NCBI RefSeq assembly: GCF_001949145.1
Contig: NW_019091355.1
Span: 2,379,107 to 2,443,106 of the forward strand
DNA length: 64,000 nucleotides
Reading direction: 5' to 3'
Source of the DNA: Acanthaster planci
Lineage: Eukaryota
Within the stretch, counting starts at the first letter, position 1, and every line of letters begins with the position of its first letter. Positions 62,326 to 64,000 of this stretch are shown here, piece by piece. A program made the translations under genes and the position numbers. Below the pieces are notes generated by a model. It did no database searches and was not told the origin of the DNA. It was given only the letters and a program-made list of their open reading frames with translations.

Positions 62326-64000
62326 TTCGAATGGCCTGGTGAAAATAGGTACAGTCGTGCATTCAAGTTTGGATGGTTTTCACTGTCTGGAGTTGGGTTT
62401 TAATTACAAACCTCGCTGATAGAGTTGATAGGAATCCTCCCTCCCTTACCGTCATATTGCATATCGTGTGAAGTTGCGTTAAGCACCTGTACCACTGGTT
62501 AAGTGTCTATTAAAATAGTAGCTTGTGAGAAATAACCCTTTACCTTATAAAATTATGAAGCTTATATTTTGAATGTATCATACGTAATTATGAATACATG
62601 AATATGAGAGATATTTGTGCAGGTAGTTAGTCGAGAGATTTGAACACATAGCAAGTATTTTGCCGATACGCTCTTTCGAAATGATTACTCTGGTGAAAAT
62701 GAGAAATGTGCATTTTTTAAGAAGTATACACGTAGTGTCAAAATCTTTTACTCTATCTGGGATTTGAAACGTAATGATTATCTAACCTTATCTTTGTCAG
62801 GTTTTGCCTCTGACAATGTAATTTGTACCAGTTTGTATCATTTTGATATCGTTACACGTGCATTGCAAACAGTGTAGTTACTGAGGTTACGATCAAAAGA
62901 CAATGTAACCATCATTTGATTTGTAAATTCTATAAAACTTTTGTAAAATTGAACGGTGACAGAACATCAATATCATTTGCTAAGTTTAACAGATTAATTA
63001 GTGTAAATTTGTATTTTGATATATGTCTTGTAGGAATGCATGTTGTCTAATAAACTTAACTTGACAGATTACTGCCTCAAGGAATGAAGCATTTCTTTCC
63101 TAAGAAGGGTCACACAAGCTGATGCTAACATATAGGCTTTAAAATCAGTTGTATGTGTTAGAGAATGTTTTTCAGGAATGAAAGCCAACATTGCAGAGCT
63201 GTCAACATTGAGTAGTGTGTTGTGCACTTGGCTGTTGTATACAATTATAACACAATTTTTTTCGCCATGCCTAAGTATTCTACGGGAAGTCGTGTTCATT
63301 CTACAGCAACCTCCACGGTCCCCAGACCTCCAGAAGACGTAGCTGTCGACATTTTGGCCATTGCAGCCAGAGAGATTGAGCGGCAGCTGAATACGCGCGA
63401 GTCGGTCACGTCCAAGGCCCGGGGCGGATCGCCAGGAGAGTGCCCAGCTGCGCCAGTCCCGTCGTAGGTGGTAGCTCTAATAGGTCAGTCGGTCGCTGTG
63501 CCCTGGCCCAAATCAAGACCTACCGGCAATGGCAGCCTCCTCCAATCCTTCGCCGGCGTCTTCTTCTATTACTACACCAAGGCTCCAAGGTAACTCGGCT
63601 GGTTCTGTCACGCCGTCTTCGGCTGGTAACACTAATCCACCGGTTTTTCACGCTCCTTCTTGGCCTCTGGCGGCTCAGTGGGGTGCACCATATTTGTGGG
63701 GCCAAGGGGCGTGGAATTCTTTTTCCCTGTATCCTTCGACAGCATTTGGTCAGCCTGTGCCATCCTTGCCTTCAGGGCCTGTTCTTCCCTACATGTTTGA
63801 TCCTTGGGGATTTCCTCTGGCTAAGCCTCCGCCTGTGGCTTCGCAAGGTGCAAACTTTAATTTTTCCGCCACTCCATCCAGCGCTTATGTCGGTACATCC
63901 AGGAACTTCGGCGTTTGTAGCAGTAACACTACTGTACCGATACAGCTGCAGCCCTTCTGACGTATAGCGGCAGTACGGTGTCGACGAGGCGTCGGCCATT

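Noticed and set aside
1..64000. Prokaryotic systems (CRISPR arrays, operons, defence loci)
   Set aside because: The DNA is intron-containing animal sequence. The recurring sequences are paralogous exons and TEs, not repeat-spacer arrays.

Overview
Eukaryotic (animal) genomic DNA with spliceosomal GT-AG introns. The repeat content suggests a marine invertebrate, possibly an echinoderm, but that is inference only. The left end carries a 4-coding-exon stearoyl/acyl-CoA Delta-9 desaturase gene on the minus strand (353 aa). One of its introns holds two intact tRNA-Pro genes (CGG, AGG) and a decayed third copy. Head-to-head with the desaturase is a ~50 kb tandem array of six 9-exon clan-2 cytochrome P450 genes most resembling CYP17A1 (called P450-1 to P450-6 here), plus an orphan exon 8-9 remnant. 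Five copies have intact frames (506-507 aa). P450-5 has two 1-nt deletions and lacks the I-helix acidic residue. Comparing the paralogues shows nested duplications, probable gene-conversion tracts, variation concentrated at predicted substrate-recognition sites, and several MITE insertions whose paralogous empty sites show an AT target duplication. tRNA-derived SINEs, other MITEs and a degenerate hammerhead-like motif are also present. The most interesting hypothesis is a co-regulated lipid/sterol-tailoring gene cluster; the sequence alone cannot prove this. All alignments and exon boundaries were read by eye.
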